This document shows positions 50,869-63,875 of a stretch of 64,000 bases of DNA, one piece after another. Both the position numbers and the translations under genes were made by a program. The stretch comes from Octopus vulgaris (taxonomy: Eukaryota). The stretch is taken from the NCBI GenBank assembly GCA_951406725.2, contig OX597823.1, positions 77,066,001 through 77,130,000 on the forward strand, given 5' to 3'. A model generated the notes under the pieces. The model saw only the letters and a list, made by a program, of their open reading frames with translations. It was not told the DNA's origin and did no database searches. How positions within the stretch are numbered: the stretch's first letter is position 1; each line of letters starts with the position of its first letter.

Positions 50869-50962
50869 GAATAAATAAATAAATAAATATAAATAAATAT
50901 AATATATAAATATAAATAAATAAATATAAATAAATATATATGTGTATATATATATATATATA

Positions 50963-51050
50963 CTAGAGGTATCGCCCGGCGTTGCTCGGGTTTGTAAGGG
51001 AAATAACTATATAAGCATTTTTAGAGAGTTACTTCCTTTATAGATGCCAA
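50963..51050 (-). mobile_element. Inverted Helitron 3'-end fragment
   Basis: Near-reverse complement of 51488-51575, including the hairpin and CTAG. Confidence 0.8.
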
Positions 51051-51062
51051 TTAGATATATAT

Positions 51063-51574
51063 AGATATATATAAAACTGTAGTTGTGTGAGTGTCTGTCC
51101 CCTTCGATTTAGATTCCTAACTACTCCCACATTTTGCGGTGCAGTTTAACCAAATTCGGGTATCTTATAGTCGTGATTCATATCGAGCCCGTCTGGGTAT
51201 TAGTGCGCGTGTACGATGAGTCTACGATTTTAAAAATAATTTAACATCATTTTTTATTCCATTTTAATGCATAATTTTTCGTGTGTCGATGGCGGCGGAG
51301 TTGGCGTCTATGGTCACACCTGCACCTGTTTGCTTCTCCCCCTTCTTCCCTCCCTCGTGAAGCTGTGGGGGAAGGGAGTGTAATGAAATCAACGTCGTAA
51401 AGCGTTGTCAAGGAGACCAGCGTTCTTTTAGAACAACGACTTCATGACTTGAAGACACCAAAACAGAAATGGCTAAGAAAGCCCGAGTTGGCATCTATAA
51501 GGGAAGTAACTCTCTAAAAATGCTTATATATTTATTTCTCTTACAAACCCGAGCAACGCCGGGCGATACTGCTA

Positions 51575-51575
<1 letters not shown>
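51063..51575 (+). mobile_element. Non-autonomous Helitron-like element
   Basis: 3' GC hairpin cccg-agcaacgc-cggg about 8 nt before CTAG|T; 5' tatataaaa; no TSD; sits in (TA)n. Confidence 0.75.
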
Positions 51576-51611
<36 letters not shown>

Positions 51612-51616
<5 letters not shown>

Positions 51617-52049
51617 ACAGGACTCTGTGCCAAGCCACACAAGCAGGAGAACACAGTCATGGCTGTCAGACAATTTCTGCAACCACATCACCCCTAACAT
51701 CTGTCCAATTAACACTCCAGACTGCAACTTCCATTGTCTATCATGTGTGGGGTGCAGTTAAGCAAGAGATCAACAGAATTCCTGGTAACACTAAAGATGA
51801 ACTGAAGGCAAGGATTATGGCAGCATTCACCAATTTAAACAAGGAGACCATCAAGAAGAGTTGCAGGAGATTCCAAAGTCATCTGGAGGCTGTGGTTGAA
51901 GCCAATGGTGATTTAATTGAATAGATATACTCTTTAGTATTTCAAGATATTTTTATGTAATTTTAGTAAATATATCTGTTAAAATGAGATGTCAGTGCTA
52001 TTTTCAATTTTGCGTAATTTAGATGACAGTTTATTGACTGCACCATGTG
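51612..52049 (+). mobile_element. Tc1/mariner (Tc1- or maT-like) transposase C-terminus plus right end
   Basis: YHVWGAVKQEINR...NTKDELKARIMAAFTNLNKETIKKSCRRFQSHLEAVVEANGDLIE*; frameshifted upstream SPD-like motif; end ...gactgcaccatg. Confidence 0.8.
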
Positions 52050-53354
52050 TGTGTATTCATGTGTGTGTGTTTACATGTGAACGTAGTTATGTATCCTGGT
52101 CTTGAAATCACATGATAGTTGTAAATTAGTATGAATGTCATACAAACATTGTCATTCTTTTAAGATATTCTGCAAATATTCTTTGCAGAATGTTCTTGCA
52201 AATATGCTGCAAGAACATGTCTGACTATGGGAGAATGTTTCCTTGCTTGGTGAGTATCGGTGACAGGAAATGCATCCAGGCTTAGAAAAAAAAATCTGCC
52301 ATAATAAACCCCAATCTGACCCATGCAAGAATGGAGCAAGAGATATTAAAAGGTGGCGACACTCATCTGGTGCTCCAGGTCTGTTTCTCCTGCCATTTAT
52401 ACAAGGATTACTCAAAATATTGCAACATGTAGAAGATTATGGCATAAATAGGAGCAATTTTGCAGTAGGGGCATGTGGTAATTTTTCTACTGTCCAGTTT
52501 GTCCTTGTATGCTTGATGTTGCTGCTGCTACTGCTGTTGTTGTTAAGCAACAAGATGGGTAAGAGTGATTAGGTAATGGTCTAGGGCTTAGGGGCGGGAG
52601 ACCCCAGACCTTGGAAAAGGAAAAAAAACTTTGGTCATCTTGTAGTCAAGGGCTTTTCATTGACGCTCGACACCACTGGGAAGTGGCCCTAGAAGTCACT
52701 GGAAATGGAGATCTCCAGGTCCAAATTCTTGAACAGCTGCTGCTGCAATTGCTGTTGTTGTTATTTAACCCCAGGTTATCCATGATTGAGTAGACTTATA
52801 ATCAAAGTTATTAACGATTCTGTCTTTTTATTTATCACGGTTTAAATTGTTCAATAAAGACTCTTTTATTTAAGAAAGTCTGTAATTTCAAACAATTTAG
52901 CTGTTATTTCTAGCAAAAGAAGCAACAGCAAAAAACTTTTCCTGTTAGATTGATTTGTGATGTGGTAAGCTTTTTCGGTGAGTAATCTTGACAGTTGTTG
53001 GTTGTCTGATCTAGTCTTTGATATTGTAAACAAGAAAAAATGTTTGGTAAAAATAACATTATTAATGCTTCTGTTTATGTCTATGTTCACTGTGTATTTT
53101 TTTTTTCCAACTGCATAACAGGAGTGTTTATAGAATATTGTTGTAACAATGTACTGTGTTCTTGTAGATATGTTTAAATGTCTGAAGGTGGTTTAACAAA
53201 CTGTCACAGAAACTAAGCAAATTAGACATTGATACACATTCAAAATACACCTGTTACATATGCAACAGTTATATTTTTAGTACTCATGGTTGTTATTATC
53301 ATTATTATTATTAAATATGAAATCATCATTATTATTATTATCATTATTATTATT

Positions 53355-53910
53355 ATTATGCGTATCTTTCCTTGATTGGACACTAAACTCTGCTTGCGAA
53401 GACCTGTTGAGGCAAGTGAAATCGAAATCAAATTCGATGACTGGCACCCGTGCAAGTAGAACACTAAGAGCACCATCCGAGCATGACCGTTGCCAGAGCA
53501 GCTGACTGGCTTCCGTGCTGGAGCCACGTAAAAAGCACCATTTGAGCGTGATCGTTACCAGTGTCACTTTACTGGCATTTGTGCCACTGGCGCATGAAAA
53601 AATATTCAAGCGAGGTCGATGCCAGTGCCGCTGGACTGGCTCCTGTGTAGGTGGCATGTAAAAAACACCATTTGAGTGTGGCCATTGCCATTACCACCTG
53701 AGTGGTCCTCGTGCTGGTGGCACATAAAAGCACCCTCTAAACTCTCAGAGTGTTCGGCGTTAGGAAGGGCATCCAGCTGTAGAAACTCTGCTAGATCAGA
53801 TTGGAGCCTGGTGCAGCCATCTGGTTCGCCAGTCCTTAGTCAAATCGTCCAAACAATGCCAGCATGAAAAGCGGGCATTAAATAATGATGATGATGATGA
53901 TGATGATTAT
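53355..53910 (+). mobile_element. RTE-family 3' UTR with (GAT)n tail
   Basis: Reverse-complement match to 33060-33550. Confidence 0.85.
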
Positions 53911-54669
53911 TATCATTATTATTATTATTATTATTATTATTAGTTCTTGAAGAGATCACGTATGGCTTTATTTTACTCTTAATCTAGACGCTTTCTAAAG
54001 CATTTCCATATGAAATTTTCATTGAAATACTTGCTAAAAGGAAGGCCTACTCTTGATATCAGAGTGACAGGCATTTTGTTTTTACACACTTGCCTTACTA
54101 AATTACATGCTTAATACTTTTACTTATAAATTATTAGTAAACACAAATAGGGTACATGACAAAATACTGCAACAGCTGTCATGAAAAATAACAACAGTAC
54201 AAAAACGAAATACACAACTAAATTATTAAAGATAAGGAAAATATATAAATGAACCATTAATATATAGAAATATTCTAAGGAGTCTAACAGTGAGGTTTGA
54301 AGACACAGAAAATAACAATGGCAAGACAATATTTGCACTTTAAATCTATCATATAATAACTTTATAGTAGCAAACATCGCTGAGACTGCATGACTAATAG
54401 AATTTATAGACTTAACACAGTTTCAAGAAAAATGTAGTTTGGAAAAGTTTGAGAAACCACATAGAATTCTTTTGCTCAGGAGATAATCCCCCCAAAATTC
54501 TCATATCTGTGTTTTAGCATAGTGTAGGAATCACAAAAAGTGATACAAGACATCTTGGAAGAAATCCTGTCAACCAAAAATGGAGAAGTTATGGCATTAT
54601 CTGCTGAGATTGATGATACAGGACAAAAGGCCTGGCTGCTAGATTTGTCATAGTAAAAATTGCCCCAGA

Positions 54670-54903
54670 AGGTGGCAAGCTGGCAGAATTGTTAGCACGC
54701 CGGGTGAAATGTTTAGCAGTATTTTGTCTGCCGCTACATTCTGAGTTCAATTTCCACCAAGGTCAACTTTGCCTTTCATCTTTTCAGGGTCAATAAATTA
54801 AGTACCAGTTATGCACTGGGGTCGATGTAATCGACTTAATCCCTTTGTCTGTCCTTGTTTGTCGCCTCTGTGTGTAGCCCCTTGTGAGCAGTAAAGAAAT
54901 AAG
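54670..54903 (+). mobile_element. SINE B monomer with 12-bp TSD
   Basis: aattgccccaga at 54658-54669 and 54904-54915. Confidence 0.9.
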
Positions 54904-55317
54904 AATTGCCCCAGAGTTTCTTTTCCTGTGAAGATCCAGAAAGACTAAGCCAAAAACATTAATACTGCTTTAAGAGCTGCCAGTGGAATATGGTAGGTAG
55001 GAATTGTCCGTCTCTATTATCTGAGAAGGTAATTAAGATATGTGTTTGAGATTAACAGAGAAGAATTGTCTTGTAGCAAAATGAGGGATCATTGTAGGTC
55101 AAAGTAACATAGTGACTGGCGGCAGCCGAGACAACTCAAGTAAGTGTTGAAAATTTGAAGTTTTTACGGCCTTACCAAATACTTTGACAAGGTTGTCTCA
55201 GGATTTAGTACTAAAACTAAGAGAGTTATTTTACATTTGTACCAATATCATTCATATCCACTGTTGAAAGTTATTGGTTGAAATAAAAATAAGTAGGTGT
55301 ATTTATTCATTTGCATG

Positions 55318-55567
55318 TACTCTTTTACTTGTTTCAGTCATTTGACTGTGGCCATGCTGGAGCACAGCCGTTAGTCAAGCAAATTGACCCCAGGTCTTAT
55401 TCTTTGTAAGCCTAGTACTTATTCTATCGATCTCTTTTGCCGAACCGCTAAGCTATGGGGATGTAAACACACCAGCATTGGTTGTCAAGTAATGTTGGAG
55501 GGGACAAACACAGACATCAAATATATACACACACATACATACATATATATATACATATATATATATA

Positions 55568-55611
<44 letters not shown>

Positions 55612-55777
55612 TACGACGAGCTTCTTTCAGTTTCTGTCTACAAATCCACTCACAAGTCTTTGGTTAGCCCGAGGCTATAGAAGAAGACACTTGCCCAAGG
55701 TGCCATGCAGTAGGACTGAACCTGGAACCATGTGGTTTGAAAGCAAGCTTCTTACCACACAGTCACTCCTACGCCTA
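55318..55777 (-). mobile_element. SINE family A, full length
   Basis: All modules present. Confidence 0.9.
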
Positions 55778-56600
55778 CATGTGTGTATGTTGCTAACTGT
55801 GTTGAGGTTTATTAAATATAGCAATACTGACGAAACCTGGATTTGATTCTAAACAGGAATATTGTGAATTTGAAATCAGAAACTGTTCGGTTATAAATTA
55901 AAGTAGCGAAGACTGACTGAGAGAACAAAAAAGCAACAAATCTTGATATTCAGAACACAATCTCTCAAAACTCTGGGGATTGCAGGAGAAATCACTTTAT
56001 TCCTTGTACTAGAAACAAACATGCAATCAACTTGTCCCTTAACAGTAGCAACCATCAGCAGCATTCTATCATAATGTGACGAAGAAGAAACATGGCTACA
56101 AACAACAATATATGACTTGTTGAAGGTAACACTAAAAGGGAAATGGTCACCCTAAAGAAAAGTCAATACAAAATTCTTTTTAAATGTAGGCAAGAAGAAG
56201 CAATTTCAAGACAACAATGATACCCTGCCTCAGAAAAATATTGAAGAAAATGAAGAGAGGGACTAAGAACTAAGATTTACTTTCTTTATAAAATGAAGCA
56301 CACGACAAATGGGCGAAATCACACATCTGTGGTATGAGGAACTGTCTGAAGGAGTAAACATAAGACAAGCACAGATTTAGAATGTAACTACAAGAAATGA
56401 ATAAAGCTAGATGAATGAGATAATCTTCAGTTTTTGTTGTTCATCTGTTTTATTGTTCTGAATTTACATAGAACACTACTGCCCTTTCAGACAGAGAAAA
56501 ACAAGTTTCATTGGTAAGTATTGTTCATGTCTGAAAAATAAGCATCTTAAAAGAAACTAGAAATATTTTTGTAGAAGTGGTGAATATTTTGGCATTAGTA

Positions 56601-56958
56601 GGTGCAGGAGAGGCTGTGTGGTAAGTAGCTTGCTTACCAACCACATGGTTCTAGGTTCATTCCCACTGCGTGGCACCTTGGGCAAGTGTCTTCTACTATA
56701 GCCTCAGGCTGACCAAAGCCTTGTGAGTGGATTTGGTTGACGGAAACTGAAAGAAGCCTGCTGTATGTGTACATATATGTATATGTGTGTGTTTGTCCCC
56801 CTCCAACATCGTTTGACATCTGATGCTGGTTTGTTTACGTTCCTGTAACTTAGTCGTTCAGCAAAAAGAGATTGATAAAATAAGTCCTGGGGTCGATTTG
56901 CTCAACTAAAAGGTCGTGCTCCAGCATGGCTGCATTCAAATGACTGAAATAAATAGAA
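56601..56958 (+). mobile_element. SINE family A
   Basis: All modules present. Confidence 0.88.
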
Positions 56959-58151
56959 GTAGATTAAATTTCTCCTTGTGTCAAGTAACGTATCCCTCCA
57001 GGACATAGTGGAAAAAATTTCTCAACTGTAAAAGGTAAAAGCTATGGCTGTTTCACTGTACTGAAAATGCAGCTAAACACAAAGTGAAATCGTCAGAGCC
57101 TTTGACTACACATTTGTGCCCCTGTACATGGGTCACAGAAACACAAGAGTCACAATAAAATACATTGGACATATTGTGAACATGTGGTTTGCCATGGCTT
57201 TTGCACCACATTCAGGTAAAGTGATCAAAGCAGGCTTATGGAAAGGTAACCTGTGGGCAAAGTGCAGCAAAATAGATTTGCAAATCCTAATGATACCCAG
57301 AAGGCCACAGAGCAATACCGGATCTGTACCCAGTGGAAGGCATTGGCACAAAGGGTATGAAATTGATGATAAAAGATAGGAAGTTTAGATGTTATATTTG
57401 TCAGAGTAAAATATGCCTTCGAGGTGAATGCTTCAAAGAACTGTGAAAACTAAGGAAAATCAAGAAAAATGAAGACTAAGGAAAAACAAGGAAACTGAAA
57501 ATAATGGAAATCAACCGCAAGGACAAGAACAACAAATTCTACTTTCTAGAGCACCGCTAATCATAAACACGAGAGAGCAAAGTAAATATCTTTAGGCCCC
57601 ATTATCATAAATAGCTGAGCAAATGACTTGACTTCTGAACAGTTTCAACTTGAGAGATGATAACAGGTGAAGGGAGAGATGATAACAGGTGAAAATATAA
57701 AGGTAACAAATTAGAAAAAATCACAGAACACCACATAAAACAGTGAAAACAGGTGATAAAGAATATATTTTTCTAAAGAACAATGAAACCTCACCTCATT
57801 AAAATAATGAAAATGGAGAACAGAACTATGACCTTAGATTCAGCAATCTTTGAAAATCAAATAGTTAATAAATGAAATTATATATCTCTGGTGCTGAAGA
57901 GGTTAGAACGACACAAAACAGTTAAATCCAGAATATCAACAGCTTGCAAAAGATTGACCTCAAGTGAAACAAAACTTAAGACATTTTATCAAACTTAGAA
58001 AGAGAATATCCTCAAATGCTGGTGTTTTGTGAAATTAAATCCTGAAAAAAAGTAAGTAGTGCATTTGGTTGCACTCAAACACAATTTAATAAGGATAATA
58101 ATAATAATGATGATTTCATTTATATATTTATAGGTACATATATACAAATAT

Positions 58152-59210
58152 ATTATTACTATTATTATTATTAATAGTTATCACCATACTAATGTGGCAG
58201 TCTTATAAATATAAGACTAAAGCTGTCGCTGATTAGCTCCATGAGGCCATCGCCTTAAGCTAGCTATTTGACACACAAACTGCGTCCATTATAAACCTTC
58301 GAACAAGGGAGGTCAGCCGCTTCATCCTGCCAGTCAGACAGCTACAGACGACGTTTCACTGGGCAATTTCTGTATAAAGTGTCTTGTATTTGTGGGTTGT
58401 TTTGTATTATTAGATAGCTAGTATCATGTGTAAGATGGAGGCTGCTCCTAGCAGGGCTAATTTTTGGACAATGTGTAGTATTGAGGATCCTGGTATAGCT
58501 TCTATGTTTTAGTTCATATGTTTTTTATTTTATCATGCCCAATGCTCCAGTTATTATTGGTATTGTTTTTACCTTCATGCCCACATCTTACATACTTCAA
58601 TTTCAAGGTCTTTATACTTTGACAATTTCTCCACTTCTTTTTTGACAATGTTTTGATCAGAAGGGAGAGCAATGTCTATCAGTAAGCTGGGGCCTTTTTT
58701 TTTCCCAATCTGGGTGATTATATTTTATTTCTTTGTCAGTTTGAACTGGTATATCCCTGATGATTGTGGCTTGGTCGTTGTCTTGTACCTTGCTTGGCAC
58801 ATGCTTATACCAACTGCTGTCAGTTTTGATGCTGTAATTTTGGTATATTGTCCAGTGGATATAGCTGCTAAATTTGTTATGTCTGTATATTTGTTCAGAC
58901 TTGGCGAGGACTGGGCAGCCTTAGATGATATGGTCAACTGTCGCAATGAGCTGGTTGCACATTCTGCATTTGGTGTTGAGGCCTGTTTTCATTATTTTGT
59001 CTTTATAATTGTTTGTGGTCAGGCATTGGTCTTGTGCAGCAAGAACCAGTCCTTCCGTTTGAGCTTTTAGCCCAGAGCTTTTGAGCCGTTGTTGGTTTTT
59101 AATTAGGCTCACTCCCTCTCTGTCAAACCTTGCAGGGTATTAGCCATGAAGTGATTTTCCTCTCCATTTCTTCTTCAGTATCTTTTGTAATTCTGTTTTC
59201 ATGTTGTTTT
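58152..59210 (-). mobile_element. 5'-truncated R4/Dong-like LINE (CCHC plus RLE endonuclease region, 3' UTR, (AAT)n tail)
   Basis: TEGLVLAAQDQCLTTNNY...KCRMCNQLIATVDHII*GCPVLA...RH; downstream PIITGALGMIK motif; stops and frameshifts. Confidence 0.88.
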
Positions 59211-59224
59211 TTTGTCTCTTTGAC

Positions 59225-60177
59225 CATTTGTGTTATGGTGTCATCTGCGATCAGTGTATCAGTGTAGTTTATCATTGTTATTATGATGGTGTGGTGACAT
59301 TCATTCTTCAGAAGACTCTGGCGACTGATGAGAATGAACTAGCTAGTCTGCTCCAGAGGACTTTCTGGTTGGGAATTATCATGGGTAAGATGCTCTTGGC
59401 CAGGCAGTGCTTCTGGTGGTGTACTACCGGTTCAAGATAAACCCTACAGATATGGATGTGCTGTCAGATGGGCTTGTCTGAGGTGTGTGCAGAGTGACAA
59501 AACCATTCTGTACACCCTTATTCAATGTCCAGGCATTGCTAAGTTGTGGGATCATGTCAAACTGCTGCTGTTGCATGTGGGATGGATCCATCTGTCAGCC
59601 AAGTCTGTAATGATGATTGCTCTGTCACCCTCCTTCAATCGGGCAGGCAAGGCAATTGTCTTTTGCTTGATGGTTGTGGCAGAAGTTATTTGGTGGACAG
59701 GGCTAAAAGGCATGAGGACAGATCCATTCCTCTTTGATACAGCTCACATTGACTTCAAGTTTCACTTGAAAATGAAATTGCGAGTGGAGAGAAAAGTGCT
59801 ACCCTCAAGTGAGTTTATTGAAAGGTGACTGAAAGGTGAAAAAATAGCAAGAGTGAATGATATCTCTCTAAGTGTAGACCTGTGAGTCAGAGACATAGAA
59901 TTGGAGAGGGCACTTGCTCCTGGGGTTTCAGGGAAATCTCGGACTGTGGGGTTTCTCGATTATCCCTAGAGGCCTTCCTGTATCAGGAGGGCCACATCCT
60001 TATCATCCCCCTACCACTTTCTTTTAGCCCTTGTATGCTATGCATATGTCCCTTTTTCAGTGTACACAGTGTATACGGTCTTTCATTTTATCATTTCATT
60101 ATATGTAAACCCTCACGCTTCATGTCTGTCTTTGTATTGTCCCCCTCACCCTTCACCCTTGTGGCAAATAAATGAAA
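59225..60177 (+). mobile_element. 5'-truncated Tx1-like (L1 clade) LINE
   Basis: ARQCF...LPVQDK...CLRCVQSDKTILYTLIQCP (decayed CCHC knuckle)...VIWWT...KLRVER; 3' end cccttgtggcaaataaatgaaa. Confidence 0.75.
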
Positions 60178-60179
60178 CC

Positions 60180-60360
60180 ATTATTGTTATTATCATTATT
60201 ATCATCATCATTATTACCATCATCATCATCATCATTATCATTATTATCATTATTATTATTATTATCACTATTATTATTATTATTATTATTATTATTATCA
60301 TCATCGGTGGTGGTGGTGTTGCTGGTGGTGGTGGTGGTGGTGTTGCTGGTGGTGGTGGTG

Positions 60361-60403
<43 letters not shown>

Positions 60404-60422
60404 CAGCAGCAGCAGTAGTAGT
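60180..60422. repeat. Compound (ATT/ATC/GGT/AGT)n array
   Basis: Directly visible. Confidence 0.95.
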
Positions 60423-60885
60423 AAGTATACTCCTTGTGATAATATGAAAAGGGCTACTTTGTCGTTTTTTGCTGAGGGATTTGTAGTTCTGGTAGATCTG
60501 ACTAAATTAAAATCCCATACATCAACTATACACTCGTATTGCCATTGTCACTTCTATGTACTAAGCTAAACAGATTATATACAAGTTTTCTAACATTGTT
60601 CGCTTATATGAAGCATTAAAATCAATTAAATTATAAGGCACAAGCATTCTTCTACTATCAGGCTTATCTGTGCCCATGGTGCTACCAAATCAGCATACAA
60701 GTTTAATTATTGAAATGGAAGTGAATTACTCTAGTAAGGCTGCTATTTCAAACAAATGTCAACTACTTGATTGAAACATTTATTTGCCTTAAGGCTGTGA
60801 GGCATATGCATACAGTTACGAGGTTCCTAAAAAACTGAATTTGTTCTACATTGAAATTGCCATGCAAAAGAAAAAATATTTATTC

Positions 60886-61482
60886 TCTCTCTTTTACTCT
60901 TTTACTTGTTTCAGTCATTTGACTGCGGCCATGCTGGAGCACTGCCTTTAGTCAAGCAAATCGACCCCAGAACTTATTCTTTGGAAGCCTAGTACTTATT
61001 CTATTGGTCTCTTTTGCCGAACCGCTAAGTTATGGAGATGTAAACACACCAGCATCGGTTGTCAAGCAATGTTGGGTGGACAAACACAGACACACAAACA
61101 CACTCATACATATATATAAATATACATATATATGATAGGCTTCTTTCAGTTTCCATATGCCAAATCCACTCACAAGGCTTTGGTCGGCCCGAGGCTATAG
61201 TAGAAGACACTTGCCCAAGGTGCCAAGGTGGGGCTGTTGTCAAGCAGTGGTAGGGGACAAAACAGATACACAAAGGTGCATAGGCACATACACAAACACA
61301 CACACATATACATACACACAAACATATGATGAATTCTTTCAGTTTCCATCTTCTAAATCCACTCACACTGCTTTGGTCGGTCTCAGACTATAGTAGAAGA
61401 CATTCGCTCAAGGTGCTATGCAATGGGACTGAACCTGAGACCATGTTGTTGGGAAGCAGGCTCCTTACCACACAGCCATGCC
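60886..61482 (-). mobile_element. Two fused SINE A copies (60886-61225 and ~61230-61482)
   Basis: Core ...ctatagtagaagacac... occurs twice. Confidence 0.85.
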
Positions 61483-61791
61483 AAATAATAATTTTTTAAA
61501 AAAACCATCATTAAATATATATTATTTGCATCTGATTTGCCAGCTTTAGGCAATTTCCAAATATAGACAATTCTAGTTTCTTTTCAAATTTCAGCATGGA
61601 GAGACGAAGGTGCATCGGGGATGTATATTAATCCTATAGTATTTAAATCAGTCATAACCAGCCTGAAAATTCTACCTGTTTTATATTCAGACTGGTCATA
61701 TCTGGCCTCTCATGCCTGCCCTACAACGTCATTATAAAAATAAACAACCACATCATCAGAATCTTGATGTTATCAGATAATTCAAGATATA

Positions 61792-62408
61792 GGCGCAGGA
61801 GTGGCTGTGTGGTAAGTAGCTTGCTTACCAACCACATGGTTCTGGGTTCAGTCTCACTGTGTGGCACCTTGGGCAAGTGTCTTCTACTATAGCCTTGGGC
61901 CGACCAAAGCCTTGTGAGTGGATTTGGTAGACAGAAACTGAAAGAAGTCCATCGTATATATATATGTATATATATAGGAGAGTTTACAAAAAAAACAAAA
62001 GACGAAGACAGGTGGTGTACAAAACAAACAGATGTATTAGTATAATGCTCAGGAATAGAAAAAGTCTTTTACGTTTCGAGTCTACGCTCTTCTACAGAAA
62101 GGGACACAGAAAAAACAAGGAGAGGAGCAAGGAGAGAAAAAAATGTGTGTATATATATATATATGTATACATATACATATGTGAATGTGTGTATATATCT
62201 TTGTGTGTATGTGTTTGTACCCCCAACATCGCTTGACAACCGATGCTAGTGTGTTTACGTCCCCATAACTTAGCAGTTCAGCAAGAGACACTGATAGAAT
62301 AAGTACTAGGCTTACAAAGAATAAGTCCTGGGGTCAATTTGCTCAACTAAAGGTGGTGCTCCAGCATGGCCCCAGTGAAATGACTGAAACAAGTAAAAGA
62401 GTAAAAGA
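61792..62408 (+). mobile_element. SINE family A carrying a Penelope-like insert in its internal (TA)n
   Basis: Head and core to ~61955, tail resumes ~62200. Confidence 0.9.
61976..62150 (-). mobile_element. Penelope-like 3' fragment with minimal hammerhead variant (62066-62101)
   Basis: Reverse complement cttt CTGTAGA a gag cgtaga ctc GAAA cg t a aaag; shares gctcaggaa with 43640-43795. Confidence 0.65.
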
Positions 62409-63200
62409 ATGTGTATGATGAACTCAAATGCATATATCCAATTCAAAGCAATGTGAATAGATAAGTATTACATTTGCTAGATAATCTGAAAGCTGCAGGG
62501 TTAACCTCAGGCAGAAATTGCTTTTATACATATCTGATCATAAGACCCAGAAAGAACTGAACGCTTCTAGCCAGACCGACACAAAAATGCTTATTCTCAT
62601 ACTGTTATTTACCGAAATGCTCATATATTTTATAGTGGTTCTGTCAATTAAAGCAGTGAACCTGTATCAACTCTTTGACAACTCTTTACAGACAATTGAA
62701 ACTTAAATTTCTTGGCTATAAACAAACACTTATGTCAGATGTAACCACTGACCTCTTAGTTATTTGTCTGCAACCTCATGCAGCCAGCAGTAGTTCTCAT
62801 CACTTACTAATATATGCATATAATCATGATTAAAAGTTCAACTATCCTTTCTTCTCTTAGCATAACAATTGAAATGCATTCAGTTAGTTTAATAATCAGA
62901 CGAACCATTAGAAAATATAAATCGTTCAATATTTAATTGTTTAACAGACTCGCCTCTCGTTTATTCAGCCATATTAATTAATTGTTATATTTTAATTACC
63001 TAAATGGATAATGGATATGTAAATACATAGAATATGTGTGTGCCTGCTTGTGTGTGTTTGAGCATGTATGTATGTATGTGTGTAAGGGTGAGAGTGTACA
63101 TGCATGTATGTGTATCTATATGTATGTGTATGTGATATATGTACATATATATGTGTAGATATGTATGTATATATATATATATGAGTGTGTGTGTGTGTGT

Positions 63201-63236
<36 letters not shown>

Positions 63237-63669
63237 GTCTATATATGTGTGTGTGTTTATAGATACATACTCACGCACATACATATACAGGAGGAAGGGT
63301 TTTTCTTTGAAACAAATATCAAAATCATAGCTATGTTCTATTTGCATCTTGTTTTTTATTGCTACAGAAATATTTAAGAAATAATTTTAGCTTCCATTTT
63401 AATATCCTACATAATTTACATAAAGCTTTAGGCCATACAACATCTCTATTTTTAGATGTTAATATATGTATAAATAACAACACACATATGACATCTGTAT
63501 ACACCAAAGTCACTAGTAAAAGTTTGTACATTCATTGCGGATAGTGAGCGCATACACATACGCATGTGTACAAGTTATTAGACAGCAAAATAGTAATATA
63601 TTTAATGAAAGAAATACAAGAGACTCAACAAGAAAAATTTCATAGATATATATATATATATAAATATAT

Positions 63670-63875
63670 TACGGAGATGTAGTTGCATTGCAAGTGACCT
63701 GATCTGAGATCGTGTGCTAGAATGAAAACAATTGCAGCATGGAAGATGTTTGTAAGCCATTTAAGAAACACACAAAATACCGTTAGATTCACTTCAACAT
63801 TTAAATTTAATTTGTCAAAATATTTTCATCGCTTTGAGACCACGACTTATTCACTGACAAAATTCTGTGCTGCAT
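63670..63875 (-). mobile_element. Penelope-like fragment with hammerhead-topology motif (63811-63861)
   Basis: Reverse complement tttgtca GTGAATA a gtcgt ggtctcaaa gcgat GAAA atat t t tgacaaa; flanked by (TA)n. Confidence 0.55.

Larger units (their letters stand above)
61632..62500. mobile_element. piggyBac-like MITE split by a SINE A insertion
   Basis: TTAA at 61628-61631 and 62501-62504, right end ...ggg|TTAA; both halves resemble the reverse complement of 3548-3773. Confidence 0.6.

Noticed and set aside
54420-58080. A-rich tracts possibly from LINE ORF1 (e.g. PLYMGHRNTRVTIK at ~57120)
   Set aside because: Too decayed to assign boundaries or family by eye.
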